The notes under the pieces are model-generated. The model did no database searches. It saw nothing but the letters and a program-made list of their open reading frames with translations, and was not told the origin of the DNA. The translations under genes and the position numbers were made by a program. From Clostridia bacterium (GTDB lineage: Bacteria > Bacillota > Clostridia > Christensenellales > Borkfalkiaceae), in NCBI GenBank assembly GCA_017462735.1, contig JAFTQO010000009.1:76645-140644 (forward strand): 64,000 nt of DNA, read 5' to 3'. Each line of letters starts with the position of its first letter. The first letter of the stretch is position 1. Below, one piece after another: positions 9,311 through 19,576 of the stretch.

Positions 9311-10087
9311 ATGAAAAATATTGCCATCGTGACGGGTGCGTCTAGCGGGATAGGGAAAGAGTTTTTCCTGTCTTTACAGGACAGGGCTGAGGGCATTGAC
9401 GAGATATGGGTGGTGGCGAGAAGCGAAGATAAGTTGCGTGCCCTTGCCTCGTTGACGACGCCCCCTGTGCGGGTGTTTGCGCTCGATTTGTCTAGGGCAG
9501 AGTCGGCTTCAGCCCTTAAAAAGGCGTTAGAAGAAGAGGAGACGTCCATCAAATACCTCATTTGCGCCTCGGGCTTTGGGCGTTTTCAATCCGTAGAGGC
9601 GGACGAACTTTCCGTCCTTGAAAATATGATAGATTTAAACTGTCGTTCTATCCTTTCGGTGACGAAAATTTGCGCGCCGTATATGCAAAAAGGCGGGGCG
9701 ATGATTTTGATAGCCTCTATTTCCGCTTTTCAGCCCGTACCCTATATTGCGACGTACGCGGCGACCAAGTCCTTCGTGTTGTCTTACGGACGAGCGTTAA
9801 ATAGGGAACTGCGAAAAAGCCGTGGCGCCAGGGTACTTTGCGTGTGCCCGTTTTGGACGAAAACCGCCTTTTTTGATCGGGCGACGACGGAAAACGAGGT
9901 GGTCAAAAAATACGCGGTGATGTACGAACCCTCCCAAATAGTAAAGCGCGCTTGGAAAGACTTAAAGAAGAAAAACCGCGACGTATCCGTCTGCGGCGCC
10001 TACTCCAAAGGGCAAGCGTTGCTCGTCAAATTATTGCCGCATAAATGGGTAATGAGCATCTGGCTGAAACAGCAAAAATTGAAATAA
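9311..10087 (+). CDS. Short-chain dehydrogenase/reductase (SDR) family oxidoreductase
   Basis: TGASSGIG is the Rossmann glycine motif. The 258 aa length fits SDRs. The internal ATG at 9311 is preferred over the ORF-track start. Confidence 0.8.
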   Translation: MKNIAIVTGASSGIGKEFFLSLQDRAEGIDEIWVVARSEDKLRALASLTTPPVRVFALDLSRAESASALKKALEEEETSIKYLICASGFGRFQSVEADELSVLENMIDLNCRSILSVTKICAPYMQKGGAMILIASISAFQPVPYIATYAATKSFVLSYGRALNRELRKSRGARVLCVCPFWTKTAFFDRATTENEVVKKYAVMYEPSQIVKRAWKDLKKKNRDVSVCGAYSKGQALLVKLLPHKWVMSIWLKQQKLK

Positions 10088-10256
10088 CCCTGTTTGTAGG
10101 GTGAGAAAAAAGGCGACGGTTTAATCGTTGCCTTTTTTAAGTTGTTCAAAAAATGAACTTTTTGTGAAAATTGAGTTAATTATAAAAAGGAGAGGTTTTT
10201 AGGGGTTGCCTTTTTGGCAAAGTGGTGTTATAATGATAGATAGGAGAATAGCAGTT

Positions 10257-11138
10257 ATGTTTGGATACGTGCGTACGGACCTGCCCTATTTATACATCAA
10301 AGACGAAAGGCTGTATCAGGCAATGTATTGCGGTCTTTGCAAAGGGATAGGGGAAGTCTGCGGTCAACGGGCGCGGCTGGGGCTGTCTTACGACGTGACC
10401 TTTTTATCCGTGTTGTTGCACAATATTGCAGGCGTGGACGTAACGATTGAAAAATCCCATTGTTTGACCCATTGCATCCGCACTAAAGAGATGGCAAACG
10501 TGGACGAACTCTCCCGTATGCTCGGTGCTATCAACACCCAACTCGCCTATTACAAATACACGGACGATATCGCCGACGAAGGAAAGGGGCGCGCCAAACG
10601 CTTACTCTTTAAAAAGGGACACAAAAAGGCGAAAAAACGCTATCCTGAGATAGAAAAAATTATCCGCGAACATCTTGCCTTGCAAGAAAAAGTAGAAAAA
10701 GCCAAGACCGCCAGTATCGATATCGCGGCGGATAGCACGGCACGGATGGTGGCGGCGCTTGCCGATTATTTGTTGGGGGATAAAAAGACGGAGGCTACGC
10801 ATAATTTATTTTATGCGATAGGCAAGTGGATTTACCTCATCGACGCCTTGGACGACTATGACAAGGACGTTCAAAAAGGGCTGTACAATCCCTTTGCGCT
10901 CAGTTATGAAGGTAAGACCCGTTGTGAAATTATGGAAAAGCACGGAGAGGAAATCAAGTACGCTTTCCATGCCGTATTTTTCGACGTCAGGGAAAATTTA
11001 TCCAAGATAGAGTTTCATTTTAACCGCGACTTAGTGGACAACGTGTTGTTGCGCGGGCTGCCTGCGCAGACGGCGCGGATTATGGACGGGTGCAGTTGCA
11101 AAAAATCAAAGCAAAAAAAGGATAACGCGAAAGCGTAG
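10257..11138 (+). CDS. Conserved hypothetical Cys-containing protein (possibly the DUF5685-like family that pairs with J-domain proteins; family recalled, not verified)
   Basis: ATG at 10257 follows AGGAG, and a TTGCCT-N17-TATAAT promoter lies just upstream. It has CGLC...C, HCLTHC and CSCKK motifs. It sits 8 nt upstream of the next gene. Confidence 0.55.
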   Translation: MFGYVRTDLPYLYIKDERLYQAMYCGLCKGIGEVCGQRARLGLSYDVTFLSVLLHNIAGVDVTIEKSHCLTHCIRTKEMANVDELSRMLGAINTQLAYYKYTDDIADEGKGRAKRLLFKKGHKKAKKRYPEIEKIIREHLALQEKVEKAKTASIDIAADSTARMVAALADYLLGDKKTEATHNLFYAIGKWIYLIDALDDYDKDVQKGLYNPFALSYEGKTRCEIMEKHGEEIKYAFHAVFFDVRENLSKIEFHFNRDLVDNVLLRGLPAQTARIMDGCSCKKSKQKKDNAKA

Positions 11139-11146
11139 GAGAAGAT

Positions 11147-11779
11147 ATGAACGAAGAGTATTATCGCTTATTAGGGCTGGAAGAGGGCGTAACGGACGAA
11201 GAATTGACCTTGCGCTATCAGCAACTTGTGGAGAAATACAAAGAAGAGCGTTGGCAAGAAGGGGAGATAGGCAATCAAGCCGCCAAAATGCTGACGAAGA
11301 TAGAGGTCGCCTACAAGGAGATTATGGAGTCCCGCAGCGAAAAACGCGAGGAAACGCAAGAGGGGGATAACGCATTGGCGGAGGTCGCTAAGTATTTAAA
11401 GGCGAACGACGTCGAAAAGGCGCAGGAAAAGTTGGACTTGTTCAACGAACGCGGCGCTGAGTGGCATTATTTACAGGCGGTTGTCTTCTATAAAAAGAAC
11501 TGGTACAACGAAAGTAAGAAACAGTTGGAGATAGCGATGCGGATAGACCCGTCCAACGGCAAATACCGCGAAGCATACGAAAAACTCAACGAAAAGGACA
11601 ACTACGAAAAGGCACAAAACGGGGAAAATAATCCTTACGGGAACGGCGGGTCGTACGATTATCCGCAAAGAAACGAGCAAATGGGTGGCGCTATGAGCAA
11701 CCCTTGCTGTTGCTGTTGTTGCGCGTCGTTGTGTTTGGATTTGATGACCAGTTGTTGCTGCTATGACAGACGGCTGTAA
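11147..11779 (+). CDS. J-like domain (HPD motif absent) + TPR protein with a poly-cysteine C-terminal tail
   Basis: YYRLLGLEEGVTDEELTLRYQQLVEKYKEE aligns to J-domain helices II and III, but KYHPD is replaced by KYKEE. A TPR-like AEWHYLQAVVFYKKNWYNESKKQLEIAMRIDP follows. The C-terminus is NPCCCCCCASLCLDLMTSCCCYDRRL. Confidence 0.65.
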   Translation: MNEEYYRLLGLEEGVTDEELTLRYQQLVEKYKEERWQEGEIGNQAAKMLTKIEVAYKEIMESRSEKREETQEGDNALAEVAKYLKANDVEKAQEKLDLFNERGAEWHYLQAVVFYKKNWYNESKKQLEIAMRIDPSNGKYREAYEKLNEKDNYEKAQNGENNPYGNGGSYDYPQRNEQMGGAMSNPCCCCCCASLCLDLMTSCCCYDRRL

Positions 11780-11799
11780 AAAACCGAGTTAGGTGGACT

Positions 11800-13227
11800 A
11801 TGATAGAAAAAAACCAAAGTGTCGTCGGGAAAGTGACGGCGCTTGGCACAAACGGCGAAGGCATTATCAGGCACGAAGGGACAACCTTTTTCGTGCCTGC
11901 TTGTTTACCTGAGGAAGAAGTCCGTTTTAAGGTGCTGAAAATTAAAAACGGGATAGGCTACGGGAAAATCGAGGAGATTTTATCCCCGTCTTTTTCGCGC
12001 GTTTCGCCTCGTTGTCCCCATTTTTTAAAGTGTGGCGGGTGCGACTTGCAACACCTTTCCTACGCAGGGCAACTTGCGTTCAAAAGGGGGTTGGTACAGG
12101 ACGCCTTGAAAAAAATCGGCGGGATAGAAACGGCGGTGGGAGATACCGTCCCTTGCGAAAAGGAATACGCCTATCGCAACAAGTTGCAACTTCCCGTCAG
12201 CGTGGATAAGGACGGGCAAACCGTCGTCGGTTTTTACGCTACGCGCAGCCATAGGATTGTCCCCTTGGAAAGGTGCGATATTCATCCGTCTTGGGCGGAA
12301 ACGCTGATATCCGTTTTTAAGGAATACGTCAAAAAAAGCGGCGTCAAAGGCTATGACGAAGAAAAGAAAACGGGGGACGTACGCCACCTGATTGCCCGTG
12401 AAATCGGCGGGAAATTTATCTTTACCGTCGTGGGCAGAGGGAAAAAATTGCCGTCCGCACAGGTGTTGGTGGACGGTTTGCAAGGGGCGTTTCACGACTT
12501 TACCTTGTATTATAACCGCAATGAGAAAGAGACCAACGTAATCTTGGGTAAAGAGTTTACACTCGTACACGGGTCTGGCTTTTTTGAGGCAACCGAGGGA
12601 GGAATCACCTACGAAGCGGGCCCTGCTACCTTCTTGCAAGTCAACGAAACGGTGCGGGCAAAGTTGTACGAGGCGGCGGTTTCTTCCGTTGTCGAGGAAG
12701 GGGACGAGGTCGTTATCGACGCCTATTCCGGCGGCGGTTTGATGACGGCGATGATTGCTAAAAAAGCAAAGCAGGTGTTCGGGATAGAATTGGAGGCGGA
12801 GGCGGTGCGTTGTGCCAACGCGCTCAAAGAAAAAAACGGTTCGCAAAATATGCAAAATATTTGCGGATACGTGGAAGAAGAGATACAGGCGGTACTGCAA
12901 AAAGTAAAAGGGGGAAAGACGCGGCTTATCGTCGACCCTCCGCGTGCGGGCGTACATAAAAACGCCTTGCAGGCGATAGCGGCAAGCGGCGTAGAAAAAA
13001 TCACGTACGTCAGTTGCAACCCTGCGACGCTGGCAAGGGATTTAGGGATATTGACGGGGAGTCTTGCGGAAAGGGACGGAGTATTAGTGAAAGCGGACGA
13101 GGCGCAAGGCGCATACGAAATCGTATCCGTCACCCCTTACGATATGTTCCCCCAAACCAAACACGTCGAGACGTTAGTCTGCTTGTCTAGAAAGGAAACC
13201 GTGATAGGATGTTTTACGCGGTTGTGA
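11800..13227 (+). CDS. rlmD: 23S rRNA (uracil-C5)-methyltransferase RlmD/RumA family (TRAM domain + 4Fe-4S + SAM methyltransferase)
   Basis: It has an N-terminal TRAM-like domain, a CPHFLKCGGCDLQH iron-sulfur cluster motif, and a DAYSGGG...DPPRAG SAM methyltransferase core. Confidence 0.85.
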   Translation: MIEKNQSVVGKVTALGTNGEGIIRHEGTTFFVPACLPEEEVRFKVLKIKNGIGYGKIEEILSPSFSRVSPRCPHFLKCGGCDLQHLSYAGQLAFKRGLVQDALKKIGGIETAVGDTVPCEKEYAYRNKLQLPVSVDKDGQTVVGFYATRSHRIVPLERCDIHPSWAETLISVFKEYVKKSGVKGYDEEKKTGDVRHLIAREIGGKFIFTVVGRGKKLPSAQVLVDGLQGAFHDFTLYYNRNEKETNVILGKEFTLVHGSGFFEATEGGITYEAGPATFLQVNETVRAKLYEAAVSSVVEEGDEVVIDAYSGGGLMTAMIAKKAKQVFGIELEAEAVRCANALKEKNGSQNMQNICGYVEEEIQAVLQKVKGGKTRLIVDPPRAGVHKNALQAIAASGVEKITYVSCNPATLARDLGILTGSLAERDGVLVKADEAQGAYEIVSVTPYDMFPQTKHVETLVCLSRKETVIGCFTRL

Positions 13228-13254
13228 AAAATAACTTAAAGAAGGAGAGAACTT

Positions 13255-13671
13255 GTGGGGCTTTTTAATTTATTTAAAAGGAAAAAGAAAAAGGAAGAAT
13301 TGCCCATAGAAGCATTGAAATGGAATAAAATGTGGGATTTGTGGTCGAATGAAAAAGCGGATTCTCCCTACGCCGAACTTATGACGTATTTGAGCGAGGT
13401 CAATAACGGTGGGCATATGCAATTTTTCGATAACGTTTCAAGCGTCTCTAATTTGTCGGGTACCGTTTCAGAACTTTATACGATTTTGCCTATCGTGTTG
13501 AAAGAAAGCCTTGAAAAAGGCTACGATACGCATTTAAAATACGAAGCAGGTGAGGGCATAACTGAGGAAATTTATGCCGAAATAATGGATGCGTGCGACG
13601 ATAAATACTATGCCAACGAAACAGAAATCGAGCACATTTTGAAAGAGTACGCTGCAACGATGACGTTATAA
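13255..13671 (+). CDS. Hypothetical protein (DUF4375/DMP19-like features: NGGHMQFFDN)
   Basis: GTG start follows AAGGAGAG. The NGG...QFF.N motif is recalled from DUF4375-type proteins, with low certainty. Confidence 0.5.
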   Translation: MGLFNLFKRKKKKEELPIEALKWNKMWDLWSNEKADSPYAELMTYLSEVNNGGHMQFFDNVSSVSNLSGTVSELYTILPIVLKESLEKGYDTHLKYEAGEGITEEIYAEIMDACDDKYYANETEIEHILKEYAATMTL

Positions 13672-14118
13672 ATCTAATTAAGGTAAATGCGTTTTTAAGT
13701 AAGTTTTGAGAACTTTGAGGACCCATCGTCGGTGCGGGCTCGAAATAAAAACCATTTAATTGACGGAGGCAAACTTAGGCAAAACTGTGAAAATTCAAAG
13801 GCAATCCCGTGGAATCCGTAGCACGGCTGTAAAAAAGTCAGCCCGGGCTGTAAAAACTGTTTTGTATACAAGATGGCTCAAAGATACGGCAGAGATACTA
13901 CCGTTATTACGAAAGGAAAAACCGCTTACGAATTGAAAGACAAAGATTGTCCGCCTGGGTCGCCGATCAAACTTTGCTTTAATATCGGCAAGTGGAATTT
14001 GAACGAACAGATTGCGCGCGCGGAAGAAATTCAACACGAACTCGAAGAGATTTACGGCTAAGAAGGGTGGGGTGTTGTTTACAGATATTAAAAAAGAAGA
14101 AATTATTAAGATAAAAAG

Positions 14119-15384
14119 ATGGTAGAAGTTGTGCAAAAAAGGGATAAGAAACAAGCGTCCACTTGGGCGCTTATTTTCCTTTGCTGGTTGGTATATACCT
14201 GTTCGTATGTGGGGAAACTCAATTATACTGCCAATATTACGCAGGTGGAAACGTACTATTCAGTGAACCACGCCGAGGCGGGCTTAGTCAGTACCTGTTT
14301 CTTTTTTGCGTACGGGCTGGGGCAAGTCGTCAACGGTATCTTTTGTAAAAAATACAACGTCAAATGGATGGTATTTTTTGCGTTGTTGGTTTCTTCCGTT
14401 GTCAATTTGTCAGTGTCATTTCTCAAAGCCTTCGTTTGGATAAAGTACCTGTGGGTGCTCAACGGGCTCGCCCTGTCCGTCCTTTGGCCGTCGTTGATTA
14501 GGTTGCTTTCGGAGACGTTAAGCCGAAAGGATATGGCGAAAGCAAGTATCGTAATGGGCACAACAATAGCCGTGGGGACGTTGCTGATTTACGGTCTTAG
14601 CGCGTGGTTTGCTGTTTTTCAAGGTTTCCGCTTAGCATTTGTTGTAGCGGCAGGGGTAAGCGCTTTAGTCGCTCTCGTTTGGATACTTATCGTCGATAAA
14701 AGGGTCGCCGACGTTGAAGCGGAGCGTGTCGAGGAAGAGCCGCAACAGGTAGCAAGAGAAAAATTCTGTGCGGAAAAAAGCAGGAGTCCATTATTGCTAA
14801 CTATCGTCGTACTTGCCTTGTACGGGGTAGCAACCAATCTGGTCAAGGACGGCTTAATGACTTGGGTTCCTTCTATCTTAAAAGAAAGTTTTCGATTGGA
14901 TGATTCCTTGTCGATTGTTTTTACGCTCGTGATGCCCATGGTGGCGGTTTTTGGCAACGCGTTTGCCGTAGGGATACATAAAAAACTGCCTGATTTTGTC
15001 CTTCAATGCGCGCTGACGTTTGTATGCGTTGGTTTGATTTTGTGCGGGGTGCTCGGCGGATTTTCGTGGGGGATTTTGGTGGTATCTTTGATAGGGTTTG
15101 CCGTTGCTTTTTTCTTGATTTCTTCCTGCAACAGCCTTATCGTAGGAGTGTTTCCGTTGTTTATGAAAGGGAAAGCCAATTCTGGCTTGCTGGCGGGGGT
15201 ACTCGACGGATGTTGCTACTTAGGTAGCGCTATCAGTTCCTACGGACTGGGCGTGATTGCCGACGGGTACGGTTGGAAGTTGGTGTTTTGGGTCCTTTTG
15301 GGAGTGCTTGCATTTGCGTGCGTCGTAGCCGGTATATACGCTGTTGTTAAAAAATTAATACGGAGAAATCATCAAGGGGAATAA
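14119..15384 (+). CDS. MFS transporter
   Basis: It has 12 predicted TM helices in two halves separated by a charged central loop (DKRVADVEAERVEEEPQQ). This architecture is typical of MFS transporters. Confidence 0.8.
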   Translation: MVEVVQKRDKKQASTWALIFLCWLVYTCSYVGKLNYTANITQVETYYSVNHAEAGLVSTCFFFAYGLGQVVNGIFCKKYNVKWMVFFALLVSSVVNLSVSFLKAFVWIKYLWVLNGLALSVLWPSLIRLLSETLSRKDMAKASIVMGTTIAVGTLLIYGLSAWFAVFQGFRLAFVVAAGVSALVALVWILIVDKRVADVEAERVEEEPQQVAREKFCAEKSRSPLLLTIVVLALYGVATNLVKDGLMTWVPSILKESFRLDDSLSIVFTLVMPMVAVFGNAFAVGIHKKLPDFVLQCALTFVCVGLILCGVLGGFSWGILVVSLIGFAVAFFLISSCNSLIVGVFPLFMKGKANSGLLAGVLDGCCYLGSAISSYGLGVIADGYGWKLVFWVLLGVLAFACVVAGIYAVVKKLIRRNHQGE

Positions 15385-15386
15385 TT

Positions 15387-15647
15387 GTGCAAGAAAAACA
15401 AACGTTAGGGACGGTGGTATCCGTTACAAAACAATGGTGGCTGAAAATCAACACCAAGTCTTTTAGAAAAAATGCGCTAGACGGTGCGGTTTTTCCACAC
15501 GTCGTCAAAGTTAGATACGAAGTGGACGGGAAAGAGTATATCAAGAGCAAATGGATAGGGGCAGGGTTGCCTTGTCCTGTCAAGGGGGAAGAAATCGTCT
15601 TATTTTACGACGAGAAGAAGCCGAAAAAGATACGCATAGAAAGATAA
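15387..15647 (+). CDS. Small hypothetical protein
   Basis: GTG start is 2 nt after the MFS stop. The product is 86 aa and basic, with no recognised motif. Confidence 0.4.
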   Translation: MQEKQTLGTVVSVTKQWWLKINTKSFRKNALDGAVFPHVVKVRYEVDGKEYIKSKWIGAGLPCPVKGEEIVLFYDEKKPKKIRIER

Positions 15648-15844
15648 AAAGGAATTTAATCAATAAGATATTTGACTAAAGAGTGTTATGGCGCCATGCA
15701 GAAAACGTCGTTGCATTTATTTTTGAAAGTGTATTGTATAAAAGGGCGGACGGCCACGAAATTAATTTGTTGCTTGATAATGGCGGTGAGTTGTTTGATT
15801 TTGACGTGGCGGTTGCCGACGTGGAATACGTATAATTTTGTAAC

Positions 15845-15886
15845 ACAAAAAACCCGAGCGAATTGCTCGGGCTTTTGTTGTTTTCT
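15845..15886. terminator. Bidirectional rho-independent terminator (serves gap on the minus strand)
   Basis: Stem cccgagc/gctcggg is flanked by an A-run on one side and a T-run on the other. Confidence 0.6.
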
Positions 15887-15901
15887 GTAAAACTCAGTCG
15901 A

Positions 15902-16921
15902 TTAAAGTTCTGCGAAGTACTTAATCGTTCTAACCATTTGGCTGGTGTAGGAGTTTTCGTTGTCGTACCAAGAAACGACTTTAACAAGCGTGGTGCCGTC
16001 GCCCATGGGCATGCACTTCGTTTGCGTAGCGTCGAACAAGGAACCGTAGGTGATACCGATGATGTCGGAAGAAACGATTTCTTCTTCGGTGTAGCCGAAG
16101 GAAGCGGAAGCAGCGTCTTTCATTGCTGCGTTTACAGCAGCCGCGTCAACTTCGCCGTCAACGATAGCAACGAGTTGGGTCAAGGAACCGGTGGGGCAAG
16201 GAACGCGTTGTGCGCAGCCGTCCAATACGCCGTTGAGTTCGGGGATAACCAAACCGATTGCTTTAGCAGCGCCCGTGGAGTTGGGAACGATGTTAATAGC
16301 AGCCGCACGTGCACGACGGAAGTCGCCTTTACGATGAGGACCGTCCAAAACCATTTGGTCGCCGGTGTAAGCGTGGATGGTGGTCATATAGCCTTTCTTA
16401 ATCTTGGACAATTTGTTCAAGGTGTTAGCCATAGGAGCCAAGCAGTTGGTGGTGCAGGACGCAGCGGAGATGATGGTGTCAGCCTTCGTGAGCGTCTTTT
16501 CGTTTACGCTGTAAACGATGGTAGGAAGGTCGTTGCCTGCGGGAGCGGAGATAACGACTTTCTTAGCGCCTGCTTTGATGTGCGCTTCGCTCTTCGCTTT
16601 GGAGCAGTAGAAACCGGTACATTCCAAAACAACGTCAACGTCGTTAGCGGCCCAAGGGCAGTTAACAGCGTCTTTTTCAGCGGAAATCTTGATGGTCTTG
16701 CCGTTTACGGTGATGGTGCCTGCTGCGTCGTCAGCGGAGACGGTGTCAGCATAAGCGTATCTACCTTGAGCGGAGTCATACTTCAAAAGGTGAGCAAGCA
16801 TAGAAGGGCTGGTCAAGTCGTTGATAGCGACTACTTCGTAGCCTTCTGCGCCGAACATCTGTCTGAAAGCAAGACGACCGATACGACCGAAGCCATTGAT
16901 TGCAACTTTTACATTAGCCAT
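15902..16921 (-). CDS. gap: Type I glyceraldehyde-3-phosphate dehydrogenase
   Basis: The [12 protein letters not shown]-binding motif, the full-length 339 aa alignment and the [10 protein letters not shown] catalytic Cys motif all match GAPDH. Confidence 0.95.
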   Translation of the reverse strand: MANVKVAINGFGRIGRLAFRQMFGAEGYEVVAINDLTSPSMLAHLLKYDSAQGRYAYADTVSADDAAGTITVNGKTIKISAEKDAVNCPWAANDVDVVLECTGFYCSKAKSEAHIKAGAKKVVISAPAGNDLPTIVYSVNEKTLTKADTIISAASCTTNCLAPMANTLNKLSKIKKGYMTTIHAYTGDQMVLDGPHRKGDFRRARAAAINIVPNSTGAAKAIGLVIPELNGVLDGCAQRVPCPTGSLTQLVAIVDGEVDAAAVNAAMKDAASASFGYTEEEIVSSDIIGITYGSLFDATQTKCMPMGDGTTLVKVVSWYDNENSYTSQMVRTIKYFAEL

Positions 16922-17057
16922 AATAAAAATTCCTCCATAGAATATGAAATAATAGTGACGTAATTTTTTATCAAAAGGGACAAGCCCCTTTCAACCAAGT
17001 ATCATTTTACCATACTTTTTTTTATTCGTCAATGATTTTTTGCGTATCAGCGGAAAA

Positions 17058-17945
17058 TTATTCCTGCTTTTTTTGTTCGATTGTATTCAGGGCGCGTTTT
17101 TGCAAAAATTTATTTAAAAACCGATAAAAATCCTCTGCGATTTTCCCGTTTGTTTCGTCGTGTAACCCGACGATAAGTTCTCTTGTGCACACGGGTGCTT
17201 GGATGGGTAAAAAGACAACGTCTTTTTGTGATACCTTTCCCCACGAAAAAGCGGGGTAAAAACCGACTCCTACGCCTGCGCCGATGACGTTTCTTACGGC
17301 TAAAGGGGAGTCGCTTTCAAAAGCGGTGGTTGGCGAAAAACCCGCTTTGGCGCAAAATTCGTCGCATTTTGCCCGAAACAATCGGGAGCCTGCAAGCCGA
17401 ACGAATCCTTCCTCTTTGACCTCTTCCAATTGGATTTTTTCTCGTTTTGCATAGGCGGAGTGTTTCGGTACGGCGAGAAAGACGGGTTCTTGAAAAATTT
17501 TCGTCTCTAAAAAGACTTCCGCTTTTTTGCTGTCGGTAGTGACGGTGATGTCGCAGCGCTCCTCTTCTTCGTTTTGGATGAGTTCGAAAATAGCGTCTGC
17601 GTGCGATTTTTTATAGGAAACGACGGCGTCGGTGACGACGGTGGAAGCGGCGAGTACGTTGAGTCGTACCGTCCTCTTTTCTCTTTCGTCCATTTCCGCC
17701 ATCAGTCTTGGCAACTCGTCTATGGCGGGCAATAGCACGTCTAACCGTTCCTTTAAAAAAAGTCCTTGCGCCGTCAAACGCACGTTTCGTCCCTGCTTAT
17801 AAAACAGGGGCGTGCCCAATTCCTCCTCTAAATCTTTGATGGACTTGGTCAGCGCGGGCTGGGCAAGGTGCAATTCTTCGGCGGCTTTTGTGACGTGTTG
17901 TAATTTTGCTACCGCTTGAAAATATTTCAGTTTCGTCAGTTCCAT
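17058..17945 (-). CDS. LysR family transcriptional regulator
   Basis: It has an N-terminal HTH (MELTKLKYFQAVAKLQHVTKAAEELHLAQPALTKSIKDLEEELG) and a LysR substrate-binding domain. The internal ATG at 17945 is preferred. Confidence 0.85.
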   Translation of the reverse strand: MELTKLKYFQAVAKLQHVTKAAEELHLAQPALTKSIKDLEEELGTPLFYKQGRNVRLTAQGLFLKERLDVLLPAIDELPRLMAEMDEREKRTVRLNVLAASTVVTDAVVSYKKSHADAIFELIQNEEEERCDITVTTDSKKAEVFLETKIFQEPVFLAVPKHSAYAKREKIQLEEVKEEGFVRLAGSRLFRAKCDEFCAKAGFSPTTAFESDSPLAVRNVIGAGVGVGFYPAFSWGKVSQKDVVFLPIQAPVCTRELIVGLHDETNGKIAEDFYRFLNKFLQKRALNTIEQKKQE

Positions 17946-18062
17946 AACTCTCCTTTTAAAAAGATAACGAAAAGTTATCAATTTCATAAAAATTATATAT
18001 TTTACTTTATCTTTTGTCAAGTGTATAATGTATGGAAAAGAAAATTTTACGAGGAGAAAATT

Positions 18063-18356
18063 ATGCAAGTTGTAGGGATTTTAGAGTGTATTATGCTCGT
18101 ATGCTTTGGGGTGTCTTGGCCGATATCGGTATATAAGAGTATCAAGACCAAGTCGACGGCGGGCAAAAGCGTGGCTTTTACCGTGGCTATCCTGATAGGG
18201 TATACGGCGGGAATAATAGGAAAGATTATTTCGGGTAACGTCACGTATGTACTAGCGCTTTACTTGCTCAATTTCGTGGTTGTCAGCGTGGATTTCGCCC
18301 TGTATTTCGTCAATCGTCATCGGGAACGCGCCCTTCAGGTGTCTGCCGTTCAATAG
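18063..18356 (+). CDS. Small 3-TM membrane protein (SemiSWEET/PQ-loop/LAB_N-like size class), divergent from the LysR gene
   Basis: ATG follows GGAGAAAATT. The product is 97 aa with three hydrophobic helices. Its arrangement matches the classic LysR divergent-target layout. Confidence 0.5.
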   Translation: MQVVGILECIMLVCFGVSWPISVYKSIKTKSTAGKSVAFTVAILIGYTAGIIGKIISGNVTYVLALYLLNFVVVSVDFALYFVNRHRERALQVSAVQ

Positions 18357-18427
18357 GGAAAGACAAATAAGAGTTTACTACGTAAAAAATCCCTGCCGCG
18401 TCTGGCAGGGATTTTTTTAAACAAATT

Positions 18428-19576
18428 TTATAAGTCAAGTTTTAAATCGCCTGATTTTATCCAGCCGATTTTGCGCATAATTTCGCTAAAGAGCAAACAA
18501 AGCGCGGCGGGCAGGACGATGCAGAAGAGAGAGATGAAAAGCAAGGTCAGGGGCACGCCGACGGTGGGATACATCGTCATAAACGTTTCGATAGGGCCGA
18601 CGAGTCCCGCCGTTCCCATCCCGCTCCCTACGGGAGAGGAGGCGATACCGCAAACGGCGGCGATAGGGCCTAAAATGGCGCTGGTGACGATGGGAGGCAA
18701 CCAACATACGGGGTGTTTGATTAGGTTTGGCATCTGCAACATACTGGTGCCGACCCCCTGGGCGACGAGTCCGCCCCATTTGTTTTCCCTAAAACTCATC
18801 ACGGCAAAGCCGACCATATGCGCGCAGCAACCGACGACGGCGGCGCCTGCGGCAATTCCGCTAAGCCCCAGCGACACGCCGATAGCGGCGGAAGAGATAG
18901 GTAAGGTTAAACAAGTGCCCATAATAGCGGCGACAAGGATGCCCATCAGGACAGGTTGTTGCTGGGCGCTGACGTTGATAATATTTCCCAGCCAGCCCAT
19001 AAACGTCGAGATAGGCGGGCCGAGCAGTAAACCGACGATACTGCCGCACGTGATCGCCACGAGCGGAGTAACGATAATATCTACTTTCGTTTTACCCGCA
19101 ACGAGGCTACCCGTTTCCAAGGCGACGAAAGCGGCGATAAAAGCGCCCAAGGGCTCGCCGACGCTGACAAAGGTAGTCAAAGCCCCTGCAAACATAGTAC
19201 CTTTGATGATTTGAGAGGCGAAAGCGCCTATCAGCCCTGCCACGCCCGCGCTAATGGCGGCAAGAGGGGGTTTTTTCAGTTTATAGGCGACGCCCAGCCC
19301 AATCCCGAATCCCATTGCTAGTTTCGTCAAAGTGCCGACGGCACCGATAAAATAGCCGATTTTGCCGGGGATAAAGGAGCCGATTTGACAGATAATAGTC
19401 CCGATAATCAGGGTGGCAAACAGCCCCGTTGCCATCCCTGCAAGACCGTCGATAAAAATATAAGAGAGTATTTTTTTCGTCTTTTGCCAAGCGGCTTTTT
19501 TGCGAGATGATTTTTGCGGGGAAGATTCTTCTGGGCAAGAGGAGGTTTCTTCCGTGAAAGCAGGTTGTTCTTCCAT
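18428..19576 (-). CDS. Polytopic membrane protein, PTS EIIC-like (PTS_EIIC_2-type) putative permease
   Basis: It has about 10 TM helices, a CAHMVGFAVMSF...GVGTSMLQMPN segment and a C-terminal GDLKLDL. These resemble the PTS_EIIC_2 family from memory, without a search. Confidence 0.45.
   Translation of the reverse strand: MEEQPAFTEETSSCPEESSPQKSSRKKAAWQKTKKILSYIFIDGLAGMATGLFATLIIGTIICQIGSFIPGKIGYFIGAVGTLTKLAMGFGIGLGVAYKLKKPPLAAISAGVAGLIGAFASQIIKGTMFAGALTTFVSVGEPLGAFIAAFVALETGSLVAGKTKVDIIVTPLVAITCGSIVGLLLGPPISTFMGWLGNIINVSAQQQPVLMGILVAAIMGTCLTLPISSAAIGVSLGLSGIAAGAAVVGCCAHMVGFAVMSFRENKWGGLVAQGVGTSMLQMPNLIKHPVCWLPPIVTSAILGPIAAVCGIASSPVGSGMGTAGLVGPIETFMTMYPTVGVPLTLLFISLFCIVLPAALCLLFSEIMRKIGWIKSGDLKLDL

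Noticed and set aside
15863-16963. 366 aa plus-strand ORF overlapping gap
   Set aside because: It is antisense to the unmistakable GAPDH gene ([19 protein letters not shown]) and gives an R/V/G-rich nonsense translation.
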